NCBI GenBank assembly: GCA_051362555.1
Contig: CM120645.1
Span: forward strand, 18,104,001 to 18,168,000
Source: Lingula anatina
Taxonomy: Eukaryota; Animalia; Brachiopoda
DNA: 64,000 nucleotides
Direction: 5' to 3'
A program made the position numbers and the translations under genes. This document shows positions 1 to 13,184 of the stretch, one piece after another. Each line of letters starts with the position of its first letter. The stretch's first letter is position 1. The notes beneath the pieces were generated by a model, which had not been told where the DNA came from, searched no databases, and was given only the letters and a program-made list of their open reading frames with translations.

Positions 1-146
1 ATTTTATTATTAAAAATTGATGGTCATTATGCTGTTAAACATTATGTAATATTGCATCAAAATTTGAAAAAAACCTATTTTGGGCACTGCTCCCATGATG
101 ACCATTTAAGAAAAACCATGTCACTTACTGTTCTCAAACAGTACAG

Positions 147-194
<48 letters not shown>

Positions 195-421
195 TGTGTC
201 TGTACATATTGCCATCACCTGCGTCTGTCGTCGCCGTCATCGCCGGGGCCGGCGCCGTGCACTTTCATTGTAAACACGATAAGTCGAAGGCAGTTTTACT
301 TTTTGGCTTTATATTTACAGAGCTGATGAATATTCATAAAACGCAGGTCAAGTTCGAAAATCAGCATGATCGGGCCATTATTGTAGAAGTTATGCTTTTT
401 TTTCACTTTTCAGCATATTAA
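1..421. repeat. Dispersed/segmental repeat, near-copy of 3765-4170; contains a (TA)n microsatellite at ~150-192
   Basis: The same text (attttattattaaaaattgatggtcatt ... caagttcgaaaatcagcatgatcgggccattattgtagaagttatgc) recurs at 3765-4170, with partial copies at 2970-3290 and 4190-4400. Confidence 0.85.
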
Positions 422-1950
422 CCGATTACAGTGACGTCATATTTGCTCCGTAACACTCGTCCAGCGGCCATTCTGGAGGGAAAGAACGACGAGGAATAGT
501 AGCGTAAATATAGGCTAACCAAATAAAATGAAATAATCTTCATATCGTGATCAAGTACACCAAAAGGAAAATAGTATATACATGTGAAAACTTCAGCTGA
601 TCAGCGTGATCGACCCATATAAACTCAAGACAATCCAAAGACGTGAAATCCTGACCTACCCCTGTATCCCAACATCGTGGAATGTTGTCAGAAGCTAGTT
701 CAGTTATCTTGTACTTCATTTTTCTTGTTCATTGGGTAATAAAAGTTATAGCTTTAGAGAGTTTACTGTGTAATCATAAGTTCAACCTTTCATAGAAGCA
801 ACTTTGTACATAAAGGATAGATATAAGGAGAAATTTGAGCTGACTATCGGGATCAACCCTTACGGACTCAAAGAAGAGAGTATGCAGGGTTGTGACAAGA
901 AATATTGCTGTCAAATATGATTTAACTGTACATCATGAAGCTGTCAGAAATTATTTCAGCATTCTTGTGCTTCATTTTGGTTCATTAGGAAGTATTTGTA
1001 ACATGACTGTTGTTTGAGAGTTCAATATTTTACCATGAATTCAACCATTCACAGTAGCAACATTGTTAGCATTTTATTATTAGTCCAGACCTTCACAGAA
1101 GCAATGTATTTTTCAAACTTATGGCATTCAATGTAACATAACAACAAGTCAGTTCATGAATTGATCTTTATTTGATTGAAAATATAGGAAAATGCACATT
1201 TTGTATGGATAAAAGTAAACATGAAATGCAAAACATTGTTGCACAATTAAATGACAGATTATCAGGGTCCCTTTCCTTTTGGTTGATAACACTGACATGA
1301 AAAATATTTCCATACTTTTAATGATGCAATGCAACGTGTACATGAGCATATTAAGTCGAATCAAGCCACCATAATTTGAGAAACCTGTTTAGTATATTTT
1401 TAATTTATGTCTAGAGAAATGCTTGATTGAAGACTCACAATTGATATGTGCTGTGTGGGTATGTACATATTAGGCCTTAGATGGTGTTACTAAGCAGTTT
1501 GTAATTTTATTTAGGAGAATTCCACAACTGGTGGTTAAAAATGCACAACAGTGACAACCTACATGTACAACAGCCATCTGTTTCTGCATATCAGACCATC
1601 TGTGGGAGGTGCACCATACAAAATTTTATATTTCTTGCAAACTTTTCCATTTAGCCTTTAAACATATGAGAAAGAAAAAAGTGTTTTCATTTCTTCTTGT
1701 GCTTCGGCTCACAATTCTAAATAAATAGAAAACCTGTCCTTGTTGTATGCAAGCTATCAGGATAACAACTTTAAAACAACAAATGAACAATGAAATAAAT
1801 AAACAAATCCAATTAAATAACTCCTGTCATGCACTGAATTTCACTCTCCTGATGTTCAGATCCTGTCTCCTCAGCTGGTCACAAAGATATAAGAATATTT
1901 TTTCGCTGCTTCTACCTTGTGTGCCATCTAGCTGTCTTTTGTACCTGTCA

Positions 1951-1995
<45 letters not shown>

Positions 1996-2966
1996 ATAAC
2001 CAAGATTTATTTGCACCCAATCATTCAGTGTGGCTTGGTGGGAAAATTTCAGATCAATTTCCTAAATGTAAATTAACAAAAAAATGTAACAATAGTTATT
2101 TTTATTCATATTGTAACTTGCATCATAATACAGTAGGAAAACACAGAATTCAACATTTTTCAAATTCATTTCATAAGTTCATTCAATTAAATGGTACCTG
2201 AGCTAGAATATATACTTACAAAACAGATTTACTCTTAACACTACACTAAATCTAAAATCAAGCCACTAACTTCCAAATACACATGACACAGGTAATTGAT
2301 TTAATTGGCCCAGCTGAGCTGTGTACATTGTACTGTAGCCTTGACACTAATTGACAATAATGCTAACCAGGTATTAAAGAGGTAGATGACAGCAGATAAA
2401 ATCCAAAGAGCACCATAACTGATAACAAATTACACCCAAGGCAATAAGTGAGTCTTCATAATGAAAGTCGAAACCCTGCCTGGGTATTTCCACACGTTTT
2501 TACAACACACTCTCCACCAAGACTTTTTGGGCACTACTAATATGCAGTGTACGTGCGCTCATATCTTATACACCTCGGTCATTGGTTTTCTACTTTTTTT
2601 TCTTTTATGGTAAAGGCTGCACAGCTGGGTCTTCATTCTTTGCTGTAAAATAAATTAGTTTTATCCTTTACTTGTCCGATGAGTCTTGATTCAAAGCCAC
2701 TCCTCAGTCTCTCCTCCGTTTACGGTTTTCGTCCCTACACCTTGGATTGTTACCACTGCAGGCAGTCTGTGAACGCTTGTTAAGTTATTTATCTTCTCTC
2801 TATCATATACCCTGCAGTAATTCATCATTTTACTCGGTTTAATATCAAAGAAAACACAGAAATTAAATGCTAAATTGTACATGTAGACATGATCATGCGC
2901 AGCAGACGATTCCGGTCTCCCTCCAGTATGGCTGCCGTTTGTTTTGATGACGAGGGCTACAATGGG
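422..2966. mobile_element. Putative non-autonomous piggyBac-like DNA transposon
   Basis: TTAA on both sides (418-421 and 2967-2970). Imperfect ends CCGATTACAG vs reverse complement CCCATTGTAG. It splits the host repeat motif cagcatat|atgcaacac, which is intact at ~3123-3140. No transposase seen. Confidence 0.55.
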
Positions 2967-4699
2967 TTAATATGCAACACTGTAAACACATTCCAAGGAA
3001 AAGCGATAGGCCTGTTGTCATGAAACTCACAGGAGTAATCTATCTTACTAAAACGCAGGTCAAGTTTGAAAATCGGCATGATTAGGCCACTATTTTAGTA
3101 GTTATGCTTTTTTTTCACTTTTCAGCATATATGCAACACTGTAAACACAATATACGAAAAACAGATAGGCCAATTGTCATTAAACTCACAGGAGTGGTCA
3201 ATCCTGCTAAAACGCAGGTTGAGTTAAAAAATCAGCATAATCGGGCCATTATTTTAGAAGTTATGTTGTTTTTACACATTTCCTCAGATTCAATTCTTAG
3301 GCATGTTAACAGTTTCATTATTTAATAAATAAGATATGTGTTTGTTTGACATTTCCTGCATCTTTATAACGTTGTTAGTTGATTATGTAAAAATGATGGT
3401 TAATTTGTTATCGTGTATTGTGTAATAAAGTTTCAAAAGTGGAAATAAACTCATATCATTGCAGTTTGTCAGATTCAATCATTCACTATGTTCAGAATCT
3501 CAGAATAGAAGAAATTGGACATTTAACACTGCTCTATTGATATTTTTTCCCATCTCATCAATTTTCTTAGTTGGATCATATAAAAATGGCAGTAAGCTGT
3601 TAATTTTGTTTTATGTTAAAAATTGTTAAAAATGGAAAGAAAAAAAAAACATTTCAGAACAGTGCTGTCTTGTTTACATTTTGGCATTTTCAAGTTGTGA
3701 CTTTGAAGTTCAATGGGCCTGAAGACCTTTGCTAGTCACATTTTCTGAATATCCATGATACTAATATTTTATTATTAAAAATTGATGGTCATTATTCTGT
3801 TAAACATTATGTAATATTGCATCAAAATTTGAAAAAACCTACTTTGGGTACTGCTCCCATGTGACCATTTAAGAAAAACCATGTCACTTACTGTTCTCAA
3901 ACAGTACAGTAAATATGTACAGAAGTTCGAAAATCAGCATGATCGGGCCATTATTGCCATCACCTGCATCTGTCTTCACCGTCAGTGCCGTCACCGCCAT
4001 CACCGGCGCCTTGCACTTTCATTGTAAACACGATAAGTGGAAGGCAGTTTTACTTTTGGGCTTTATATTTACAGAGCTGATGAATATTCTTAAAATGCAG
4101 GTCGAGTTCGAAAATCAGCATGATCGGGCCATTATTGTAGAAGTTATGCTTTTTTTTTCACTTTTCAGCATATTTCACATATTGGCATTTTCAAGGTGTG
4201 ACTTTGAAGTTCTACATGCTTGAAGACCCATGCTAGTCACATTTCTTGAAAATCCATGATACGTATATTTTATTATTAAAAATTGACGGTCATTATGCTG
4301 TTAACCAATATGTAATATTGCATCAGAATAGAAGAAAACAATTATGGGTGCTGCTGCCATGATGACCATTATGGGAAAACCATGTTACTTATGATTGCCA
4401 AATGTTCAAAAAAGAAATGCAGGACTAAAATGCAGCCTGGGTTGGAAAAGTAGTCTAATTGGCTTCTTTTTCTGGAAGTTATACATTTTCAAAGTGTGAT
4501 CTTGAACTCCCATGGGCCTGAAGCCTTATGCTTTTTACACGTTTTACTTACATTGGTATTACCTGTTGAGCATAATTAAAATTTGATGTTGAATTTGCAG
4601 TTTAACATAATGTACTTTTGCATCAGAATTTAGCCTATTTTGTGCATAGTTATTTCCTGCTTTTTGTCTGTACATTTGACAGCTTTGCTGCCTTGTTTA

Positions 4700-7440
4700 A
4701 AATTATTAACGTTTAACTATTTTATGCCATGGAATTTGCCAGTCTTTTCAATGTAACATTCAGTTTTCTAAATTATGTCCAAAAAAATCTTTTTCATGAG
4801 ACACAGTCAATTGATGAGCTTATCACAGATTTTTATTGTTCTCATGCATTATCCATTCAAATTTGACAAATATTGGACTTGATTTGTAAAAATTATTAAC
4901 ATTTAACTATATTAAGGCACCAAATTTGGCAGTCTTTTTAATGTAATTTTCAGTTTTCTAAAATATTTATGCACTGAAAAAATCTTTTTCATGAGACAGT
5001 CAATTGATGAGCTTATCACAGATTTTTATTGTTGTTAAGTATCATTTGTCCAAATTCCACAAATAATGAACAAGATTTGTCAAAATTATTAACATATAAC
5101 TATTTTATACCATAGAATTTGGCAAACTATTCAGTGTTATTTTCAGTTTTCTCAAATTTATTGCCCCAAAAAATCTTTTTCATTGAATCCAGTCAACTGA
5201 TGAGCTTATCACAGATTTTTATCATTGTTATGCACCACCTGTCTAAATTTCACAAATATTGTACTAGATTTGTAAAAATTATTAATGTTTAACTATGTTA
5301 TACCATGGAATTTGGCAGTCTTTTCAGTGTTATTTTCAGGTTTCTAAAATTTATTTGCACTGAAAAAATCTTTTTCATGAGACACAGTCAATTGATTTGC
5401 TTTTGACATATTTTTATTGTTGTTATGCATCATCCATCCAAATTTAACAAATATTGGACTAGACTTGTCAAAATTATTAACGTTTAACTATTTTAAGGCA
5501 TAGCATTTGTCGGTCTTTTCAGTTGCATTTTCTGTTTTCTCAAATTAATATGTTATGAAAAAATCTTTTTCATTAGACATTGTCAACTGATGAGCTTTTC
5601 TCAGATTTTTATCCTTGTTGTGCATCACTTGTCCAAATTTCACAAAAATTGGACTAGATTTTTCAAAATTATTAACGTTTAACTATATGGAGTTATGGAC
5701 TTTGGTAGTCTTTTAAATGTTATTTTCAGTTTTCTCAAATTTATGTTTCCAAAATACCCTTTTTATTAGACACTGTCAACTGTTAAGCTTAACTATATCA
5801 AAATTATTAAGGTTTAACTGTTTTAGTCTTGAAAGTTTGTCATTTTAAAAAATTTAATTTTAATTTTTTCAATTATATTGTTCTTTTTCCAGGTGTCCTT
5901 TTCCATATAGAGTGGTGTTTTTTTTGGGGTGAACTGATTCTTCCTGTCTTGTCATGGCTAATTTCGGTAGAAAAAAAAACAGGCAGTGAAAGACTACAGC
6001 AAGAGCAATGGTCTGTCTCATCTATGTGTACAATAGATGGTATGTGGCAAGCTTAAGGACATTGTCAAATTGTGTGCTAAATCCAGATTCCAGAAACCGA
6101 TTGTAAGGAGGAATCTGCATCTGGTATTGTTAGTAAGGAGAAGTCTTGAACGGGTATATATTGTTTTCATGAGGACAATAAGGGGTCATTTCCCACCTCT
6201 CTCACAAATCAAGCACAAATCATAACTTTTGATGTTAAATGCTAGGCTAATAATAGGTTGTGAAATTGAAAAAAAAAGTTTTCAGTAATTCTCGCTCTTC
6301 TCATACAAATTGCCAATAAACTACAATAAACGTTTTAAAATTATTAATGTTTAACTATTTTATGCCATGGAATTTGGCAGTCTTTTCAGTGTAACATTCA
6401 GTTTTCTAAATTATGTCCGAAAAAATCTTTTTCATGAGACACAGTAAATTGATGAGCTTATCACAGATTTTTATTGTTCTTATGCATCATCCCTCCAAAT
6501 TTGACAAATATTGGACTTGATTTGTAAAAATTATTAACATTTAACTATATTAAGGCACCAAATTTGGCAGTCTTTTTAATGAAATTTACAGTTTTCTAAA
6601 ATTTATATGCACTGAAAAAATCTTTTTCATGAGACAGTGGACTGATGAGCTTTTCACAGATTTTTATTGTTATGCATCATCCATCCAAATTTAACAAATA
6701 TTGGACTAGATTTGTCAAAATAATTAACGTTTAACTATTTTAAGGCATAGCATTTGTTGTTTTTTTCAGTGTTATTTTCCGTTTTCTCAAATTAATATGT
6801 TCTGAAAAAATCTTTTTCATCAGACATTGTCAACTGATGAGCTTTTCTCAGATTTTTATCCTGGTTGTGCATCACTTGTCCAAATTTCATAAAAATTGAA
6901 CTAGATTTTTCAAAATTATTAACCTTTAACTATTTGGAGTTATGGTCGTTCAAGTGTTATAATCAGTTTTCTCAAATTGATATGTTTCCAAAATACCTTT
7001 TTTATTAGACACAGTCAACTGTTAAGCCTAACTGTATCAAAATTATTAAGGTTTAACTATTTTAGTCTTGGAAGTTTGTCATTTTTTAAAATTTAATTTT
7101 AATTTTTTCAATTATATTGTTCTTTGAACTTTTTTAAGCCATGGAATTTGGCAGTTTTTTTTTTAATGTAATTTTCAGTTCTCTAAAATGTATTGTCTAA
7201 AAAAATTTTTTTTTTTCATACACAATCAACTGATAAACTTATCTCTGATTTATACAGTTGTTAAGCTTCAGATGTACAAATGTCACAAACATTGGACTTG
7301 ATTTGTTCATTATTGTTAACATTTAACAGTTTTTATCCATGGATTTTGCCAGTCTTAAGTGTAGTTTTCACTTTTCTCAAAAACTCACCTCAATTACACA
7401 CAGTCAACAGATAAGCTTACCTCAATCATAATTAAGTTGC
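4700..7440. repeat. Diverged ~190-bp AT-rich tandem array in two blocks (4700-5880 and 6338-7440) separated by ~450 bp of unique sequence
   Basis: Motif aaattattaac(g/a)tttaactat recurs at ~4700, 4890, 5083, 5276, 5470, 5665, 5800, 6338, 6529, 6718, 6912 and 7040. Confidence 0.9.
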
Positions 7441-7449
7441 TCTTTCTAG

Positions 7450-7904
7450 TGTTGTGTATAAGTAGGTCAGCTTATGACGTCACCATATCGCGAGAGCATG
7501 AGTATCTAGAGAGCGTTAGTTGAGACAGACGCTGGAAGTATGAACGGATAGGAGACTGTTTTTTTGTTTTGGGACTTTTGAAGGAGAATATTTTTATTTG
7601 GAACCTATTTACCACTGAACCGACACTCATATTTTCTACTGGAACTTGCATCGTAATTACTGTGGGATTTCATCGGTCACTTTCACTGAACTTTGAGCCG
7701 ATTTATCTCCACTCACTCTCCAGTCGACGGATTCACATCGGACTTTCACACAGGACACTTCATGCTTTCAGATAGGTTTATTTGTGTATTAAGAATAGCT
7801 TATTGTTATTGTCATTAGTTTATTTAGTTTTAATAAAATATTAAAACTTCTTTAAATCTTTTGTCATTGATTTTTGCTGGCATTGGGTACTCTGACCCGT
7901 AAGA
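7450..7904 (+). repeat. 5' LTR
   Basis: Direct repeat of 12730-13184 with about 4 mismatches seen by eye. Contains a TGACGTCA palindrome (7475-7482) and AATAAA (~7832). Confidence 0.97.
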
Positions 7905-7908
7905 GAAT

Positions 7909-7926
7909 TGGGGGCTCGTCCGGGAA
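7909..7926 (+). promoter_or_regulatory. Primer-binding site complementary to the tRNA-Pro 3' end
   Basis: TGGGGGCTCGTCCGGGAA matches 17/18 of the canonical tRNA-Pro PBS TGGGGGCTCGTCCGGGAT and lies just 3' of the 5' LTR. Confidence 0.9.
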
Positions 7927-7998
7927 TTTAGATTTTCTTATCGGTAGCAATTTTTGTGTGCAAATTTAATACAGTAGCCAGCAGAAATCAATTCCACC

Positions 7999-9469
7999 AT
8001 GGTATTCTCTGTCACCGAATTTCTCCAATCTGCTACGGTGGCAGACTTTGAAGCTTTGAAAAAAGATGAGTTAATTAGTTGCCATAGCTTTACATTTCAA
8101 TTTAGTTGTGAAATCATTCATGAAAAAACAAGAGATTAGAGGAATAGTAGTGAAGAAACTTGTAGATGAACAAATATTTAAGTCTGATGATTTACCGCCA
8201 ATAGTTAAGGCAGAAACCAACATTTCAGAGTATGAATTTGAACTGGAGAAGTTTAGAATAGAAAGACAGTTTCAGTTAGAAAAAGAAAGGTTAGAAAGAG
8301 AAAGAGAAGAAAGAGATAAAGATAGGCAGTTTCAGTTGGAAAAACTAAGATTAGAGCACAGTGAAAGATCAACTTCACATGTCAGGTATGAATTTGATGC
8401 TGCAAAGAACATTAGGTTAGTTCCTAAATTCCAAGAAAAATCAGTTGATAAATTTTTCCCACAATTTGAAAAAATAGCAGAACATCTCCAATGGCCGTTT
8501 GAAGTATGGCCCACACTTTTACAAAGTGTTTTGGTAGGGAAAGCTGCTGAGGTGTATTCAGCTCTCAGCTTAGCAGAAAGCTCAGATTATGAAAAGGTGA
8601 AATCGGCTATTTTAATGGCATATGAATTGGTGCCAGAAGCTTACAGACAAAAATTTAGGAAACAGAAGAAAATAGAAACTCAGACTTACGTAGAATTTGC
8701 TAGAGAGAAAGAAGACTTATTTGATAAGTGGTTTAGATCCAAAAAGTGTGAAAAGAATTTTGCAAATTTACATCAGCTTATTCTAGTAGAAGAGTTTAAG
8801 GAATGTGTTTCCCAAGATCTAAAAATCCATTTAGAAGACAAGAATGTTGAAACTCTTGAGCAAGCAGCAGTTATATCGGATTCATATGCATTAACCCATA
8901 AGAAATACTTTGTACCTACATGTAGATCTCAGTCTCCCATCCAGTCTCCCAAAAACAATATTCTCTGTCCCAAGTCACCACATTACAGTGGTTCCACAAC
9001 CCCACAGCCGGGTCGTTTTGAGTCACCTCAAACTGTAGGGTCATCCCCAACTTGCAATTACTGCAAGAAAAAGGGTCATCTCATTGGTGAATGTATCAAA
9101 CTTAAGATGAAAAATGACCTTCTAAAGCGACAGACAAATGCCTGTGCAGCTTTAAGAAATGATAGGAAAGCCTTAGATTTGTTACGTGCTGACACTCCTG
9201 ATGTCCAGGATTCAAAGTCCAGTTTTGTTGATTCTGTGGAGGATCATTATAAGCCCTTTTTGTCTCAGGGATTTGTTTCACTCAGTGATTCTAGCAAAGC
9301 TTTACCTGTTCAGATTTTGAGAGATACTGGAGCTGCCCAGACTCTGCTGTTAGAGGGCGTGTTCCCTTTGTCTGAGGAGACGTCTATTGGTAGTTCAGTT
9401 TTATTACAGGGTGTTGAGCTAGGTGTCATTGATGTTCCCCTTCACAGAGTTTATCTGAAGTCAGATTAA
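7999..9469 (+). pseudogene. gag: Gag (SCAN-like capsid, CCHC zinc knuckle) plus aspartic protease
   Basis: ATG at 7999 in CCACCATGG context, then a frameshift near 8080 into the 8108-9469 frame. Motifs FPQFEKIA..WP..W..LLQS, AYELVPEAYRQKFR, CNYCKKKGHLIGEC and ILRDTGA. In-frame TAA at 9467-9469. Confidence 0.93.
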
Positions 9470-11110
9470 GCTACTGGACCAGTTATTGTAGGTGTTCGAC
9501 CTACTCTTCCCATTCAAGGCATTTCCTTGTTGCTAGGCAACGATTTAGCAGGTGGTAAAGTGATACCTGATCCCATTGTTTGTGAGAAAACAATTTCTGA
9601 TGTCGTTTCTGATGATGATGAAGATGACTTGTACCCAGCCTGTGTTGTTACGAGGGCAATGGCTTCAAAACAAAAGGCTGAGGCTGATGGTACTCTAGTA
9701 GTGGATAAAGCTGATCCACTTAAAGAAATTTCACTTAGTGAAACGTTTATGACAACCATTGATGACAGTTTACCTGTAGAGTCATATGAAACCAAAGTGC
9801 CAGTTGACATTGATGTGTCTCTGAAGGCATCTAGTGTTGAGTCTGATTTGTCATTTGACAAGGGTAAGGACACCCTCAGTCGTGAACAGTTACTGTTGGA
9901 ACAAAGTAAAGATCCAGATATTGTCAGACTTACTAAAAGAGCTCTTCCAATGGAAGAAGCAGCAAAAGTCGGAGAGTGTTTTTACCTCAAAGACAGCATC
10001 CTTATGCGAAAATGGCGTCCACCTGATGCATCACCTGACGAGGTGTGGCGTATTATTCACCAGGTAGTTGTTCCTGTAGTATATCGCAAGGATATCATGA
10101 GTTTAGCTCACGACACCCCTATGGCAGGTCATTTAGGAGTAAATAAGACCTGTATCAAAATTTTGAGTCATTTTTATTGGCCAAAGTTGAGAAAGGATGT
10201 GTCTGAGTTTTGCAAGTCTTGTCATGTATGTCAGATGGTAGGAAAACCAAATCAGAAAATACCATCTTTTCCCCTACAACCCATTCCAGCCTTTGAGGAA
10301 CCTTTTAGTAGGGTGTTAGTTGATTGTGTAGGACCTTTGCCTAAAACTAGGTCAGGGAATCAGTATTTACTTACCATAATGTGTACCTCCACTCGGTTCC
10401 CTGAAGCTATACCTCTGAGGAATATTAAAGCAAAGACCATAGTCAAGGCCCTTGCTAAATTTTTCTGTTTTGTGGGTATCCCCAAGGCTATTCAGTCAGA
10501 CCAGGGCTCAAACTTTATGTCAGGGTTGTTTCAGCAGGTCATGCATGAATTAGGTATTAGGCAGTACAAGTCTTCTGCTTACCACCCTGAGTCTCAAGGT
10601 GCACTGGAGCGATTTCACCAGACCCTCAAAACCATGATAAAAACACATTGTTACCAGAATGAAAAGGACTGGGATGAAGGGGTTCACCTTGTGTTGTTTG
10701 CTGCACGGGAAACTGTGCAGGAGTCCCTGGGGTTCAGTCCCTTTGAATTAGTGTTTGGTCATACTGTCAGGGGACCATTGAAATTATTGAAGGAGAAATG
10801 GTTGACTGAGACTAGTGATCTCAATCTTTTAGACTATGTTTCTACTTTCAAAGAAAGATTATTCAGTGCTTGTAAATTAGCTCAAGAAAATCTCAAGGGT
10901 TCTCAAGCAAAAATGAAAACATGGTATGATAAAGATGCTAGTAACTAAGAGTTCAAACCAGGTGAAAAAGTACTGGTATTTTTACCTCTCAATGGTCAAC
11001 CTTTCCAAGCCAGATATTTTGGCCCTTACGAAATTGAAAGCAAGATTAGTGATGTTAACTATGTAGTTAAGACACCAGGCAGGCGAAAAGAAAAGCGAGT
11101 GTGTCATGTT
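9470..11110 (+). pseudogene. Integrase (HHCC zinc domain, DDE core, GPY module)
   Basis: AHDTPMAGHLG...CKSCHVC; VLVDCVGP, QSDQGSNF, LERFH. In-frame TAA at 10946-10948, after which the same frame continues EFKPGEKVLV...YFGPY. Confidence 0.95.
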
Positions 11111-12654
11111 AACATGTTGAAAAAGTATGTTGATAGAAGTGATTTTAAGTCAGTAGAATCCGTTTCAACTGTGACCAATGTTAAGTCATGTACTGAAAAT
11201 GAAATTGGTGTGGACACCAGTGAAAATGACTTTAATCAAAGTGCTTATTTGAAGAATTCTGAAATCCTGAGAGACCTTGATGTGAAACTTGAACATTTGA
11301 CCAGTCATCAGAAAGACGAGGTTCAACGATTGATTACTGATTACCAGGATATTTTCCCTGATGTTCCAAAAAAGACGAATGCTGCTCTTCATGACGTCAG
11401 TGTAGGGGATGCTCAGCCTATCAAACAGCACCCATACAGACTGAATCCAATAAAGGAAGTTCAATATATGCTGGAAAATGACATTATTGAACCAAGCAGT
11501 AGTGACTGGAGTTCACCATGCATTCTTGTCCCAAAGTCAGATGGAACTTATCGCTTTTGCACAGATTTCCGCAAAGTAAATTCTGTTACCAAAACAGACT
11601 CCTATCCTATCCCACGAATTGATGATTGCATAGATAGAATTGGCAGTGCGAAATTTGTCAGCAAATTTGACTTGCTGAAGGGTTACTGGCAAGTACCCTT
11701 AACTGACAGAGCTAAAGAAATTTCAGCATTTGTGACTCCGGATGGATTGTACCAGTACAAAGTTATGCCATTCGGGATGAAGAACTCGCCGGCCACGTTT
11801 CAACGGATGATTATTCACTTCTGCGTGATCTTAAGGGATGTGAAGCCTATATTGATGATGTCATTATCTACAGTGACACCTGGAAGGAGCATCTCCAGAT
11901 TATGCGTGAATTCTTCAACATACTGGTGAAAGCAAATCTCATTGTGAACCTGGCAAAGAGTGAATTTTGTCAGGCTACTGTAGAGTATTTAGGTCACAGA
12001 GTAGGTCAGGGTTTAAGTACACCTATTATGGCTAAAGTAGAAGCCATCTCAGAGTTTCCAGTTCCTACCAACAAGAAAGAATTGATGAGATATCTAGGTA
12101 TGGCAGGATTTTACAGAAAATTTTGCCCAAATTTTTCCTCTGTTGTTAGTCCACTTACTAACCTCTTAAAAAAGAGGGTGATATTTAATTGGACAAAGGA
12201 CTGTGATGAGTCCTTCAGGAAAATTAAGGCAATCCTTATGAGTAGTCCAGTTTTGTCAGCTCCAGATTTTGAGAGGCAATTTAAACTTGCTGTTGATGCT
12301 AGTGATGTAGGAATAGGAGCTGCTTTATTCCAGGAAAATGATGACAATGTAGATAGAGTTGTTTCTTACTTTTCAAAAAAACTTACAAAATGTCAGAAAA
12401 ACTATTCTACTATTGAGAAGGAATGTCTTGCTTTGTTGTTAGCTTTACAACACTTTGATGTGTATTTGAATGTTACTTTACATCCTATTCTTGTCTACAC
12501 AGACCATAATCCACTCACATTTTTGCACAAAATGTCAAATAAGAATCAGAGACTGACAAGGTGGAGTTTGTTGTTACAAGAGTATGATATTGTTATTAAA
12601 CATATTAAGGGCAAAGACAATGTCATTGCAGATGCCCTTTCAAAAGTGTCATAA
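11111..12654 (+). pseudogene. pol: Reverse transcriptase plus RNase H
   Basis: WSSPCILVPK, RFCTDFRKVN, FDLLKGYWQ and MPFGMKNSPATFQR, then a frameshift at ~11810 before AYIDD. RNase H motifs LAVDASDVG, EKECLAL, YTDHNPL and ADALS. Confidence 0.95.
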
Positions 12655-12729
12655 TTGGACATATATATGCATTATTTAGAGTGTAAAATTTAAGTTTTCA
12701 TTGATATTCAAACTTTTTAAGGGGGGAGG

Positions 12730-13184
12730 TGTTGTGTATAAGTAGGTCAGCTTATGACGTCACCATATCGCGAGAGCATGAGTATCTCGAGAGCGTTAGT
12801 TGAGACAGACGCTGGAAGTATGAACGGATAGGAGACTGTTTTTTTGTTTTGGGACTTTTGAAGGAGAATATTTTTATTTGGAACCTATTTACCACTGAAC
12901 CGACACTCATATTTTCTACTGGAACTTGCATCGTAATTACTGTGGGATTTCATCGGACACTTTCACTGAACTTTGAGCCGATTTATCTCCACTCACTCTC
13001 CAGTCGATGGATTCACATCGGACTTTCACACAGGACACTTCATGCTTTCAGATAGGTTTATTTGTGTATTAAGAATAGCTTATTGTTATTGTCATTAGTT
13101 TATTTAGTTTTAATAAAATATTAAAACTTCTTTAAATCTTTTGTCATTGATTTTTGCTGGCATTGGGTACTCTGACCCGTAACA
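12730..13184 (+). repeat. 3' LTR
   Basis: Preceded by the polypurine tract, ends CGTAACA and is followed by TSD CTAG. Confidence 0.97.

Larger units (their letters stand above)
7450..13184 (+). mobile_element. Full-length Gypsy/Ty3 LTR retrotransposon of Gmr1-like type (gag-PR-IN-RT-RH order), inactivated
   Basis: 455-bp LTRs at 7450-7904 and 12730-13184 (TG...CA; the 5' copy ends GA). 4-bp TSD CTAG at 7446-7449 and 13185-13188. tRNA-Pro PBS, polypurine tract AAGGGGGGAGG at 12719-12729, and integrase upstream of RT. Confidence 0.97.

Noticed and set aside
1747-2076. 109-aa hydrophobic ORF with poly-Phe
   Set aside because: It results from a poly-T tract (~1952-1995) and is not credible coding sequence.
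9467-9469. Programmed stop-codon readthrough between gag-pro and pol
   Set aside because: The TAA falls inside the protease region (KSD*ATGPV, likely TTA to TAA), and other lesions show the element is simply mutated.
7569-13055. Twin 68-aa ORFs at 7569-7775 and 12849-13055
   Set aside because: They are incidental frames in the two LTR copies, with a non-ATG start and no motif.
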